Of a stretch of 64,000 bases of DNA, positions 26,637 through 39,122 are shown one piece after another. The notes beneath the pieces are model-generated. The model was not told where the DNA came from. It saw nothing but the letters and a program-made list of their open reading frames with translations, and ran no database searches. Both the position numbers and the translations under genes were made by a program. The DNA lies in the NCBI GenBank assembly GCA_043228905.1, contig JBHGNT010000004.1, positions 15,686,001-15,750,000 of the forward strand. Direction: 5' to 3'. Source of the DNA: Azolla caroliniana (lineage: Eukaryota; Plantae; Polypodiophyta). Position 1 is the first letter of the stretch, and each line of letters begins with the position of its first letter.

Positions 26637-28523
26637 CAACTGTATATTAACCAAAATTACATCAAAGCATAAAACATCCAACAACAACTAAGTTACAATG
26701 TGTTGGTTTATATACCAACGAAGCTAGGGCAAGTGCCCTTTCTACTATTTACAAAACTAGCATGGTATGTCCATGGGCTAGTGTGAACCTATGGGAAGTT
26801 GAGTTCGATTCCCAACACGCCCCTTCAAACACAACTTCGGCCTGTTCGGTTTGAAGTTCGGCATACATATCTGCATAGCAATGCGTACTCTGCGTACTCC
26901 CCCTCAAGCTCGGCAATGTAGGTGGCATGAGACCAAGATCTGATGCGAATTGCCCGAGCATGTCCACTCCTAAGGCCTTCGTAAATATATCAGCAACCTG
27001 GAGGTGCGTGCTGATATGTTGGAGATCGATTTCTCCGTCTTCTACGTGCTCGCGAATGAAGTGGTAGTACACTTCGATGTGTTTAGTCCGCGCGTGAATA
27101 CGGGGTTGCGAGCCAAGTAGATACTGCTCATGTTGTCACAGTACAAGCATATTGGATCTTTGATGGGAATGCCCAGATCCTTCAGTACGCGCTTAAGCCA
27201 TACGGCTTCACATGCGGCGACTACCACACCCCTGTATTTGGCTTCTGTGCTCGACAGTGTGATTGTCGGCTGTTTCTTGCTGCTCCAGGAGATCGCTCCC
27301 CTGCCGAGGGAGAAGACGAATCCGGATGTGGATCGTCTATCTGGTGTGTATCCTGCCCAATCCGCGTCTGTGTACCCTCCGAGTCGAACAATCATATGTG
27401 ACTCATATAAGATGTCGTGATCCATTGTCGTACTGACATACCGTAGTATCCTCTTAGCACAATCGAAATGAAGGTTACGCGGATTCTACATGAACTGGCT
27501 AAGTAGGCCAACAGAGTAACTGAGGTCGGGTCGCGTAATGGTGAGATAGATCAAGCTACCGATTAGTTGGCAATATTGAGTTGGTTCAGTCTCAGTCGTG
27601 CCTAAACTGGCATCAATCTTGATATTGTGATAAAGAGGGGTAGTCACAGGTTTGCACTCTGTCATTTCGAACTTGTAGAGTAAGTTGAGAATTTAGTGCC
27701 GTTGTGAGATCATTATCCCGACTAGTGTCCGAATTACTTCAATACCTAGAAAGTAATGAAGTCCATGCAGGTCCTTCATTTTGAATCTACCGGAAAGAAG
27801 TGATTTAACTTTGTTAATCTCGGCGAGATCCTTTCCTCCGATAACCAAGTCATCCACGTATAGAATGATGACGATCGGGCTATCTAACTCATTTCGGATG
27901 TACAGAGATGTATCGGATTTTGACATCCGAAATCCGACTTGGTGAAGATACTGCGTGATCTTCGAGTGCCAAGCATGCAGTGCTTGTTTGAGGCCGTAGA
28001 GTGGCTTCTTGAGTCTGCATACGGCATGCGGATGATTACGCGATTCGAATCTAGGTGGTTGTATCATATACACCTCTTCTTCTAGCTCTCCTTGGAGGAA
28101 AGAGTTTTTCACGTCCATCTGGTGGAGGTGCCACCCTTTCGCTGCGGCAAGTGCAATTATGGTTCGTACTGTGGTCATCTTGGCCACCGGGGCAAAGGTC
28201 TCTTCATAGTCTACACCGTGTGTTTGCGCGTATCCTTTTGCAACGAGCCTGCTTTGAAACGATTTACGGAACCATCGGGATTGTGCTTCACCTTGTAAAT
28301 CCACCTGCAACCAATTGGTTTCTTGTTCGGGGGGTGAGGAACGAGATCCCATGTCACGTTTTTACATAACGCTTCCGTTTCCTCATTCATCGCACTAACC
28401 TATCGCGGATCCTTCACGACTTCAGAAAGCGTTTCCGGTTCCCGTACTGACGCTACCTTCATCATGAATGCGTAATGATATTGTAAACGTGAGTGTTTGC
28501 GGAAGTGTAAAACAGAGAACAAC

Positions 28524-28588
<65 letters not shown>

Positions 28589-30883
28589 GAGAGAGAGCAA
28601 GAGAAGAACACAATTTCAAAATTATATCAAGACTCTGTATACACACTGTGCTAAGTAGAACTATTTATACAAGTCCTCTTGGGACTGACAAAAGTACCAT
28701 GTACTTCAATGCTCACACGAGCATCTAACACTTACTACGAGACTATAGCTACCTAGTAGTCTATCCTATACTAGGCTTCCGATTGGACTTCCGGTTACGG
28801 ATTGCACCCGGCCTCCACTGCTTGCCGGTTCGGTTGCTCACCGTCATACCGATCCGTTTCGCCCGATCCGTCTCGCTTACCGGCTCCGGCTTATTCAGCC
28901 GATCCGGCTCCGGTTGAGCTTGCCGCTCCACAATCCCCCTCAAGCTCAACCTGAGGTGGGGTCGTAGTGTCGACCTCTGTGGCAGTCGGTTCTTCCAACC
29001 GACTTCTCCTCGCGTCACTTCGCCTTGCTCGCGCTCCTAGTCCGGTCCGGTCCCGTTTGCCGCGACCCCTTCGGTTCTGCGTGCCTCGACCCTCTCAGTC
29101 GGCATGTCTGCTCAATAGGCCCATCTGAGCACTCACGTTGTTGTGACTCCGGCGCTTGCCGATCCGTCGGTTCTCCCACGATGGCATCGACTTCCGCTGT
29201 GTCCGTGTCCCCTTGGTCTTCAGTCGATCCGACTCATCCGAATCCATCTGTTGATCCGAGTCAGCTGTCTCCGACTTGTTCCAGCTCTTCTCCGAATCGG
29301 TACACTCCGATTCGACTTCCGACTTCAGGCCTCTCACCACATCGGACCACTTCCGAGTCCTGGCCTTCTCCATGCTTCCTTCAGCTTCTTCAGCCGGTCA
29401 ACCGAAATCGAATTCTTCATTCGACTCCGCATCATGGTCAGTACCGTCGTGATGACCTCCGCACAGCATGCACTTCTCTTCCTGAGTGCACAACTCTTCT
29501 TCACATCCGCTTGCTCCGACCTGTTCGGATGTGTCGACTTCCTTCGTCGACTCAGCTTCCTTCATCTTTTTGTCTCCTCTTCTTCCGGCTCTCCTCTTAC
29601 CGACGTGTTCAACAGTTTTTTGGCCTTTGCCCGTTTCGGTAGAGACTTTGCCCTTGCTTCTCCCCCTCAAGTGTGGCACGTCGAGATGCTGAATACCGAG
29701 CATGTCGGTAAAGTGCTACAACTTGTCTGATCCGAGCGGCTTGTTGAAGATGTCGGCAACTTGCCGAATCGTATTAACATACCGTAGGTCAACTTCACCG
29801 CTCAGGACCCGCTCACGCAGGAAGTGGTAGTGCACCTCGATGTGCTTTGTGCGAGCATGGAACACAGGGTTCCTGGCGAGCTGCAGGCTGCTCATGTTAT
29901 CGCAGTAAATCGGGATCGGGGTCGGTACCTCGATCCGCAAGTCTCGGAGCAATCGCCGAAGCCAGATGGCTTCACTAGTGGCAACGGTAGCGGCCCGGTA
30001 CTCAGCCTCAGTGCTTGACAAAGCCACTGTGGGCTACTTCTTGTTGTTCCACGCAACGGCCGCGCTACCTATGGAGAACATGTATCCGGAAGTGGAGCGG
30101 CGATCAGACGCATCGCCAGCCCAGTCAGCATTTGTGTAACCGACAAGCTCGTCGGGTATACCTCGCCGGTATAGGAGTCCCCGTTCCTTAGTGCCGCTGA
30201 CATACCGTAATATTCATTGCGCACACTGAAGATGCTCCACGATCGGCTTCTGCATGAACTAACTTATCATTCCAACCGGATAGCTGATGTCGGGTCGGGT
30301 GATGGTGAAGTAGATCAGGTTTCTCATTGCAGGCCGGTCCGGAGGTGGGACGGAGCTTCTGGTTCCGGTCCAGGGGTGTGGAGACAGGTTGGCAATCTGT
30401 CATGCCGAACTTATACAACATATTCAACACGTAATGTCGTTGTGAGAGCAATATGCCGTCGGGGGTCCGGATCACTTCGATCCCAAGAAAATAATGAAGG
30501 TCCCCCAGGTCCTTCATTTCGAATGTGTCCGACAATTGGGACTTGACGCGGTTGATTTCGGGAAGACCCGGTCCGGTGATGACTAAATCATCCACATACA
30601 AGAGTATACATACCGGATCGTCAGAGCCTTGCCGGATGAACAACAAAGAGTCCGACTTAGAGACAACAAACCCCAGCTTACGCAACCGGTGTGTGATCTT
30701 CGCGTTCCAAGCTCGGGGGGCTTGCTTCAAGCCGTAAAGCGACTTCTTCAGTCGGCATACCGTCGACTTGTTCATCTCCGATTGAAATCCGGGGGGCTGA
30801 GTCATATGTTGGGAGACAGGTCCCTCCGGATAGGAAGGGAGAAGAACAGTGCCGACGAACAAACGGCCTCGGCCGAAACGGTA

Positions 30884-31150
30884 TGATGAGTACCCGGCTA
30901 CGGAGAGCCGGATGATACAGGCCCGGTATGAACCGGATGAGGAGTACCCGGCTACGGAGAGCCGGATGGTGCAGGCCCGGTATGAACCGAATGAGGAGTA
31001 CCTGGCTACGGAGAGCCGGATGGTGCAGCCGGTATGAACCGGATGAGGAGTACCCGGCTACGGAGAGCTGGATGGTGCAGGCCCGGTATGAACCGGATGG
31101 GGAGTACCCGGCTACGGAGAGCCGGATGGTGCAGGCCCGGTATGAACCGG
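30884..31150 (+). repeat. 54-bp tandem repeat in the Copia B LTR (5 units in the 5' LTR, 4 in the 3' LTR at ~43130-43345)
   Basis: Unit GATGAGGAGTACCCGGCTACGGAGAGCCGGATGGTGCAGGCCCGGTATGAACCG; LTR lengths 814 vs 762 differ by one 52-bp variant unit. Confidence 0.9.
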
Positions 31151-34100
31151 AGGAAGAGACATATTCGTAAATATGTTTCTGAGAGCCCATCGAGGCTATA
31201 TTTGTAAATAGCTGAAAAGTCATATTAGTATAAATATGACTTAGGGCAAACCTTTAGTAGTTGTTGTTGTCATTCTTCCTTGTTGGTGCAAGAAGAAGAG
31301 AGAGTGCGTAACTGTATAGAGAGAGAGAGAGAGACGAGGTCGTTGCCTCTGTTGTAACCACCGCCTGTGGCGAAGATTAGTGAGCACGAGGTCAGTGCCT
31401 CAGTGAACTCACTGTTTTCTGTACATTCATACATAGTGATAGTTTACATCCTGTGGGCTGCCGTGGTTTTTCCCCTAGCTTGGGGTTTTCCACGTAAACC
31501 TCCTGTGTACCTCTTCTCTCCTTTTGTGTCGTGTGTTTTTCCGTTTCCTGTCTTTCTGTGTAAGTAAAGAATCTCGGTTGTGGCCGAGTGTTGGACATAA
31601 GGAACGTTGGGTTCCTGACAAGTGGTATCAGAGCGAAATCGACACAGAAAATGGACGAATCGTTTGGTGGCATGTTCAAGCTCACCGGCTCCAACTATTC
31701 AGTGTGGAAGTCGAAGATGAGGGACATGCTCGTTGTTAAAGACCTCTGGCTGCAAGTTCAGTTCGGGGACAAGAGATCAGACAAAATCGACGCCGCGATA
31801 TGGGAGGTGATGCACATGAAGACAACGGCGTACATACGGTGCTTCATTGACATGAGCCTGTACAACAACTTCAATGAAGAGAGCAAGGCTCATGAGCTCT
31901 GGGAGAAGATCGGCATAATGTTTCAAAACAAAAATGTTGTTAATCAGGTTTCGGTATTCCAAAAGCTAGTAAGACTCCGGTACCAAGATGGCTCCAGCAT
32001 GACGGAGCATATGAATGCCTTCCAGGGGCTGATACACTAGGCAACGTCATTGGAAGTACCCCTTGCCGATGAGGTATTAGTGTTACTCCTGCTCGGTTCC
32101 CTCCCGGATAGCTGGGAGACGTTGGTTGTCACTTTGGGCAACGCCGGGCCGGAAGGAAAACGGTTATCCCTAGCAAGAGTAAAGTCGAGCCTGCTAGATG
32201 AGGAGGCGCATCGGAAAGACAAAGATACGAGCTCCGACTCCAAAGCGCTTCTTACCGAATCGGAACGCGGAAGACATAGAAATCGTAGTCCCCAGAACCG
32301 GGAGAAGTCGGGGACACGGTCAAAGTCAAGGGGGAGGCCTACTTGCTTCTATTGCAGCAAGCCGGGACACTTCCAAAAGAACTGTCGGCATTTCCGTAAA
32401 GACAAGGAAACCGACGATACCGATTCGAAGCAAACCCCGGATCGGAACGGTAAAGACTGGAACGGTAAAGACTGGAGGGGACCGGACCGGAAGGGAACGA
32501 CGGCAATCGCGGCAAGTGAAGAAGAGTTGATGCTCATCACCGAGGAGAGTGAAATAAACCTTGCCGGCGATGAGATGACCTGGGTGGTAGACTCCGGAGC
32601 GTCGTTCCACCTTACCCCGGACCGGAAATGCTTCTCATCCTACTCAGCCGGTGACCACGGCTGTGTCCGGATGAGGAATGAAGGTACATGCCGAATTATC
32701 GGCATAGGAGACGTGTGGCTATCAACACCAACCGGATGCAAGTTGCTGCTGAAGGATGTACGACACGTTCCGGAGGTTCGTCTGAACCTGATATCAGCCG
32801 GTCGGCTAGATGATGAAAGCTACACGGGTAGCATCCGGAACGGGGTCATGAAGTTCAGCAAAGGGAGCCTGATTGTGGCTCGGGCCCGGAAGGTCAACAC
32901 GTTGTACCTGATGAATGCCCGGTTATGTCCGGAAGAAGTGAACGTTGCATCCGACACTGCCGGTGAGCTGTGGCACAAGAGGTTGTGTCATATGAGCGAG
33001 AAGGGGATGAAGAGGCTTGCAGACGACAACCTCATTCCAGTGAAGAACGTGCACTTAGAGAAGTGCACCGATTGTCTGGCCGGTAAGCAGAACCGGACCT
33101 CCTTTCGACCAAGGCCACCGATCAGACGTAATGCACCACTGGAGTTGGTGCATACGGATGTGTGTCAAGTAGACACGAAGTCACATGCCGGAGCGTAGTA
33201 CTTCGTGACGTTCATAGATGACCACAGTCGGAAGCTTTGGGCCACACCACTGAAGACGAAGGATCAGGTGCTATCCGTCTTCAAAGAGCTCCACGCGAGA
33301 GTGGAAAGAGAAACCGGCAGGAAGCTGAAGGCGGTTCGAGCAGACAACGGAGGAGAATACCAGGGGCAGTTCGAGGAGTACTACCGCTCGAAGGGAATCC
33401 GGCTCGAATTTACCGTGCCGAAGACGCCGGAACTAAACGGACTGGCCGAGAGGATGAACCGGACCATAATGGAGAGGGTCCGGAGTATGCTAGCGCATGC
33501 AAAACTACCCAAGAAGTTTTGGGCTGAGGCACTGTCGACGGCGACATATGTGATAAACAGATCACCCTCAGTACCCTTGGACGGAGACACGCCACAGAGA
33601 GTATGGACCGGTAAGGAAGTGTCCTACCGGCATCTGAGGGTGTTCGGGTGTCTCGCGTACGTGCATGTTGCAAAGGACCGGAGAGGAAAGTTAGATCCAA
33701 AGACCCGGCCATGCATATTCCTCAGTTACGGTGACGATGACTTCGGCTACCGAGTGTGGGACCCGGTCGACAAGAAGGTATTCCGGAGTCGAGATATTAT
33801 CTTCATGGAGGACAAGACGCTCGCCGACTAGGAGTCGGAGAAGAAGATAATGAACTCCGAGTCGACCGGTAAGGATAGACTCTACGATGAGCAGATCTAA
33901 CCGGCAAGAGACCGGTTAGCACTCGAGGAACCAACCGGTTACGGTGAGGATACCGAACCGGCAGAAGAAGAAGTAGAGGAAGCTGAGACCGGAACCGGCC
34001 AAGACCCCGAATCAGATTCGGATGAAGAGCAAATGGAGGAGCCGGTTACCGAAGCCCGAAGACGTAGATATCCTCTCAGAGAGAGAAGGGCGCCCCGGAG

Positions 34101-35639
34101 ATTTCCGGATGCAGAGCATGTTCTGCTAACCGATGAGGGGGAGCCGGAAAGATTTGAAGAAGCAAAGGAAGACACCCACAGCAGAAAATGGTTAAGTGCC
34201 ATGCAGGATGAGATGGATTCCCTGCATGAGTACCATACGTATGAATTGGTGGAGTTGCCGAAAGGAAAGCGGGCACTCCGAAACAAGTGGGTGTACAAGT
34301 TGAAACCGGGAGATGCCGGCAACCCCCCGAGATACAAAGCCAGGATCGTGGTCAAGTGGTTCCAGCAGAAGAAGGGCGTGGACTTCGATGAGATATTTGC
34401 CCCGGTAGTAAAGATGACCTCCATCCGGGCGGTGCTGAGTATAGCAGCAAGCATGGACCTCGAGGTAGAGCAGCTGGACGTGAAGACGACATTCCTTCAC
34501 GGCGACCTCGAAGAGGAGATCTACATGCAGCAACCAGAAGGATTTGTGGAAAAAGGGAAGGAGCATCTGGTATGCCGGTTGAAGAAGAGCCTGTACGGAC
34601 TGAAGCAAGCTCCACGGCAATGGTACAGGAAGTTCGACTCCTTCATGACCGATCAAGGGTACCACAAGACGCAGGCCGATCACTGCATGTTTGTGAAGAA
34701 GTTCGAAGGAGGGGACTTCCTAATACTCCTCCTATACGTGGATGACATGTTGATCGTCGGACGTTGTCGAGATATTTCGCAAGTGCGTGTGGAATCGAGG
34801 CGGGACCGCGGGGGTCTCGAACCAAAGAGCAAGCGAGGGAGGAGAAAGAGAGAGAACCGGCTACGCAGGACCGGGGATACACAGGGACACGGCCCTTCAG
34901 CACGGAGAACGCGAACAGACACCGACACAGACAGATGCGAATGACTAAATATGTATATTAACAAAATGGCTAACACGACTACAACCCTCGATGGGGCACA
35001 GGTTGGTTACAACCGAACCGGCCGGCGAACAGATGCCGATGCCTGTTCGCCTCGACGCACAAACAGGGAGTTACGGGGGGGGGTTTGCAGGTCGGAGGTG
35101 CTGCCGGAAGCACTCGGGCGTTCCTCGAAACAGCGCGAGCCTCCTCGGAACCCTGCACAGAAAGCTATGGAGCTCAAGAAGGAAGGAAACAGAGAGAGAG
35201 AGAAGCGTCCAGAAACGGTCCGGCAGCACTTCGTCCTCTCCGCCCGAGATCCTTGCAACAGCTCTTTCCCGCTCCTTATATAGGCCGACGAGCAGGCCGT
35301 CGTGTCAGCTTTATTCCCTGTCCCTTTTGGACAGGGATCCGCTCCGTTTTTCACGCATCCGCGTAGTTACGCCGCCGACTCGTACAGTTCGCGCGCGCGA
35401 CCGAAAAGACTGTTCGCGCGGTCTTTGTCTCCACTTGAGTTAGGGCCCGTTCCTGCCGATTATCCTCCTAATTCGCTTCTATGTTCAACTTGGAGCTTGC
35501 GCGCGTGAAGAACCGGTCCCCACGCCTAGGTGCGCCGATTCCGCCTATGGACGGTTTTCTTCACGACATCCGCCCCCACCTAACCGCGCATCCTCCGGTA
35601 TGCGCCAAGAGAGTTGGGACGGAGAAAACCGGCCCGTCT

Positions 35640-38600
35640 TCATTCCTCGCCCGTCGGTTCTTCCTCGTTTTCGGATCGTTCGTCACTGCTGACTAGAAGA
35701 GCCGGGTCTGGCTCGTCGTCATGTCGCTTCTTGAACGCTTTGATCCGCTTCCCTGCAACCGGTATCGCCACTCTCGTGCCGTCAAGTTCTGCCAGGTGAT
35801 ATGTCCCGTTGTCATTGGCGCTCCGTACCACGTAAGGCCCGAACCACCTTCGTGCGAACTTCCGTGTGGCTCGGTGCTGGTTGTCGAGGCTGCTGTCGTA
35901 GACGAGCACCCAGTCACCTTCTTCGATTTTCTTCGGTCGGAGCCAGTGCGTTCGGTCGAACCTGGCTTTGTTCTTTGTCCTCGCCACCCGGAGCTTCTCC
36001 GCAGCCAGTTCCACGTCCTCCGGCCTCCGCCCGAGTTGTCGTATACGCGCGGCCAACAACTCCTCCCGGCTCATCTCGTCCCTCCAGTCGACCGTTGCCC
36101 ACGAGGAGATCGTCCGTTCCATCGGCATGATCGGCTTCTGGCCGAACATGAGCTCCGTCGGCATGTACCCGGTTACCGAACTGTGCGTGGTCCGGTCTGC
36201 CCACAAAGCATAAGGTAGCAGCCGCGGCCAGTCACCGACTCGGCCTCCGCATGCCCGGACCAACGCCTTGACGATCGGTCCGTGTCCGCGCTCCACCTTT
36301 CCATTCGCCTCCGGATTGTACGCGGTGGTGAGCGAGAGCTTGACTCCCAGCCGGTCGAACAGCTCCGCGGCTTCTTCGGCGTCCAACTCCCCTCGGTCAG
36401 CCACGATCTTCCCGACACACCCGTATCGGCATATCACGTCCTCGATTAGGAACCGACATACGGCCTCGGTCGTTTTGTTTGGAAGGGCCCGGCCTTCCAC
36501 CTGGTTCGTCAGATCCTCCCGCGCTAGGACCAGGTACCGCATCTGTCCTACTCCCATTGGCATCGTTACCAGATCTACCATCCATTTGAAATGGATGGCC
36601 GGAGGGTACGTAGGGTGAAGCTCGTCTCGATGTCGGACTATGGAGTGCATCTGACAGCTCTCGCAAGTTGTCACGAACCGATGCACGTCCTGGTACTGCC
36701 CCGGCCACCAATACTTCCCCTTCAGTTTCTCAAACGTAGCCCATGTTCCACGGTGTCCAGCCCAAGGGCTGTCGTGGTAGGCCGCTAGCAGCTCTTCCTG
36801 ATCTTCCTTCATTGCCACCACCCGGAGCGGTACGCCGTTCCTCCTCTTCGGGTGCTTCCACAAGTATCCATCCCGGAGAAAGAATCGGTACGCTTTCTTC
36901 CGGATCCGGTCGGCCTCGTCCTTCGTCCATGACGCATCGGGCGTCATTGTCTTCAAAAACCCACCGATCTGCAGCCACTCCCCGTCGTACTTGCTCGCGT
37001 CGAAGTCGTTAAGCGCCGGAGTGCTTGTCCCGTCGGTTGTTACATACGCAGTCTCGAAGAAGTCCACGCCGACCTCTTCGTCCTCCGAAATCATGCCGCC
37101 CTCGTCATCGAATCTTGCCCTCGAAAGCATGTCGGCCATGGCGTTGTCTTTCCCGGAAATGTGTCGTATTACCGGGTCTAGGGACTTGATGTACGCTATC
37201 CACCTGAGCATTGCCAGGTCCGGCGTCGCGCATCCGGAAACCATGCCGAGAATCGGCATGCAATCCGTCTCTATGATTACCTCCGTCCCGATCAGATAGT
37301 CCTTGTCGGCCTTCACCGCCGAAACGATACCCCAGAGTTCGCGTTTAACCTGGGCGTATCCTCGCTGCCGTTCGCTGAGGACCTTCGCGCCGAATCGGAT
37401 CGGAAACCGATTGCCGTCCTCGTCTTCTTGGTTGACGACCCACCCGATTCCGGTCGGACTCGTGTCAACCGTTATGTACACTGGGGTGCCCTTCCTGTAG
37501 ACGGCCTTTCGGAGCGCCGGTGCTGCCAAAAGAGCCTCCTTCAGCTTCCGGACCGACTCCGTGTGCTCGTCCAGCCATTCGAATCTTCGCCCTTTCCTCA
37601 ATAACCCGTATAGCGGCTCCGCAACATGGGCGTAATGCGGGATCCATATGTGGTAGAATGCGCATGCCCCCAGGAATCTCCGTACTTCCGTGACCGAGCT
37701 GCAGCCGGGCTTCATCGCGGAGATGGCTTCTACCTTTGCCGGAGACGGTTTCCGGCCATATGGCCCACATAAGTGTCCGACCACCATGATTTCCGACTGC
37801 CCGAAGGCTGATTTCTCCCCCGAGAAGGTGAGCCTCGCATCCTCTAGCCTTTGCAGCACCTTCTCGCAGTCGTCGATGTGCGCCGTCACGAATCGCCGGC
37901 ATCCGTCCGGCCCGATCGTCTCGTCCTTCTCTTCTACCGGGCATCCCTTGATCGGGATGTCGTCTAGAAACGGCATGGTGATGTCCGGGATGCAGTCCCT
38001 CAGCACCTTGTTCATCGCATTCACCATGTGGGCCACCGAGTTGGTCCCTCCTTGCGGCAGCGTACACATCCGCACTAGGCCGAGGGGGGTTCGCATCGTC
38101 GTAATGTCTCTGCTCTCCACGGCTAGCTGGAACTGGTCGTACCCTGAGTATAGATCACCGACCGAGTAAATCCACCTTCCGGCGAAGGCCTCCGCGAACT
38201 CGTCTATGGTCGGTCCGATCCCTGCGTTCCGAATGGTCACTCTATTGACCGGCTGCAGGTCCTGAATGAAGCGCAATGATCCGTTTTTCTTTGGTACGGT
38301 AAACCAGCGGTTTGAATACGGGGCGCTCGACGGCTCGAGAATGCCCATATCAACTTTCTGTTTCAACAGCTCCATCAACTTCGGGATGTGAGCTCTCGGA
38401 ACCGAAATTGGCTTGAGATTCCACGGCACATGCGGTACCGTGAATATCACCATCGGCTCTACGATCGTCGGGTCCACGCACCCGATTTCCTCCGGCGAGA
38501 ATGCGAAGGCTTTCCCGTGCCTTCCGAGCATTCTCCGAAACCGGTCTTCCTCCGCCGGCAGTAGGAACCCGCCCCCACCGATCTTCAGCTCGCGGAGCGT

Positions 38601-39122
38601 CTCGTTGGTGAAGGTGTGTCCTATGCAGGCCCGATCTCGTAAGCTGGGGTCCGATGCAACCCCTTTGATTCGGGATTCGCTGCCCTCCGGTAAGGGCGCC
38701 GCAACTGGCCTCACCTTCCGGTCCACCGTCTTGTACTTGGTGCTCACTCGGGCCGTCCGTTCCGACTCGAGCCCTCGACCGAAGTCCGCGATGACTTCGT
38801 ACATTTCTTCGGAACATACCGGTATCGTCCGGTCTTCGTTAAAGTCTTCTTCGACTACCTTCCCCAGCATTCCCAAGGTGTCGTCGAAGGAGACTGCCTC
38901 CACGGCTCCGTTGATTCCTTCGTCAGGGCCGAGAACTCCGCACGCCCGAAGTCTCCCCTCCGTCTTTGTTTTCTCTCGGCCGGTGATGCCGACCATCGTA
39001 CATGCTCCGCTGTCGGAGAAGCAAAATTTCCTACCTATTGTACACGGTTTTATCGTACAGATGTGGGGTTTTCCCGGAGCATCCGGACTGTCGCGGCCCC
39101 ACGCCTTGGCAGTCCTCTCTAA
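35640..39122 (-). CDS. RT-RNase H-integrase polyprotein (ORF2), intact; open back to the ORF1 stop region
   Basis: 1118-aa ORF: LRFIQDLQPVN, DLYSGYDQ, LPQGGTNS, FLDD; RNase H VDTS..RELWG..ETD; HHCC zinc finger (YHDS..GH..CESC), DDE core VDLV/ADRG/NGKVER, GPY motif; no chromodomain. Confidence 0.92.
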   Translation of the reverse strand, partial: LERTAKAWGRDSPDAPGKPHICTIKPCTIGRKFCFSDSGACTMVGITGREKTKTEGRLRACGVLGPDEGINGAVEAVSFDDTLGMLGKVVEEDFNEDRTIPVCSEEMYEVIADFGRGLESERTARVSTKYKTVDRKVRPVAAPLPEGSESRIKGVASDPSLRDRACIGHTFTNETLRELKIGGGGFLLPAEEDRFRRMLGRHGKAFAFSPEEIGCVDPTIVEPMVIFTVPHVPWNLKPISVPRAHIPKLMELLKQKVDMGILEPSSAPYSNRWFTVPKKNGSLRFIQDLQPVNRVTIRNAGIGPTIDEFAEAFAGRWIYSVGDLYSGYDQFQLAVESRDITTMRTPLGLVRMCTLPQGGTNSVAHMVNAMNKVLRDCIPDITMPFLDDIPIKGCPVEEKDETIGPDGCRRFVTAHIDDCEKVLQRLEDARLTFSGEKSAFGQSEIMVVGHLCGPYGRKPSPAKVEAISAMKPGCSSVTEVRRFLGACAFYHIWIPHYAHVAEPLYGLLRKGRRFEWLDEHTESVRKLKEALLAAPALRKAVYRKGTPVYITVDTSPTGIGWVVNQEDEDGNRFPIRFGAKVLSERQRGYAQVKRELWGIVSAVKADKDYLIGTEVIIETDCMPILGMVSGCATPDLAMLRWIAYIKSLDPVIRHISGKDNAMADMLSRARFDDEGGMISEDEEVGVDFFETAYVTTDGTSTPALNDFDASKYDGEWLQIGGFLKTMTPDASWTKDEADRIRKKAYRFFLRDGYLWKHPKRRNGVPLRVVAMKEDQEELLAAYHDSPWAGHRGTWATFEKLKGKYWWPGQYQDVHRFVTTCESCQMHSIVRHRDELHPTYPPAIHFKWMVDLVTMPMGVGQMRYLVLAREDLTNQVEGRALPNKTTEAVCRFLIEDVICRYGCVGKIVADRGELDAEEAAELFDRLGVKLSLTTAYNPEANGKVERGHGPIVKALVRACGGRVGDWPRLLPYALWADRTTHSSVTGYMPTELMFGQKPIMPMERTISSWATVDWRDEMSREELLAARIRQLGRRPEDVELAAEKLRVARTKNKARFDRTHWLRPKKIEEGDWVLVYDSSLDNQHRATRKFARRWFGPYVVRSANDNGTYHLAELDGTRVAIPVAGKRIKAFKKRHDDEPDPALLVSSDERSENEEEPTGEE

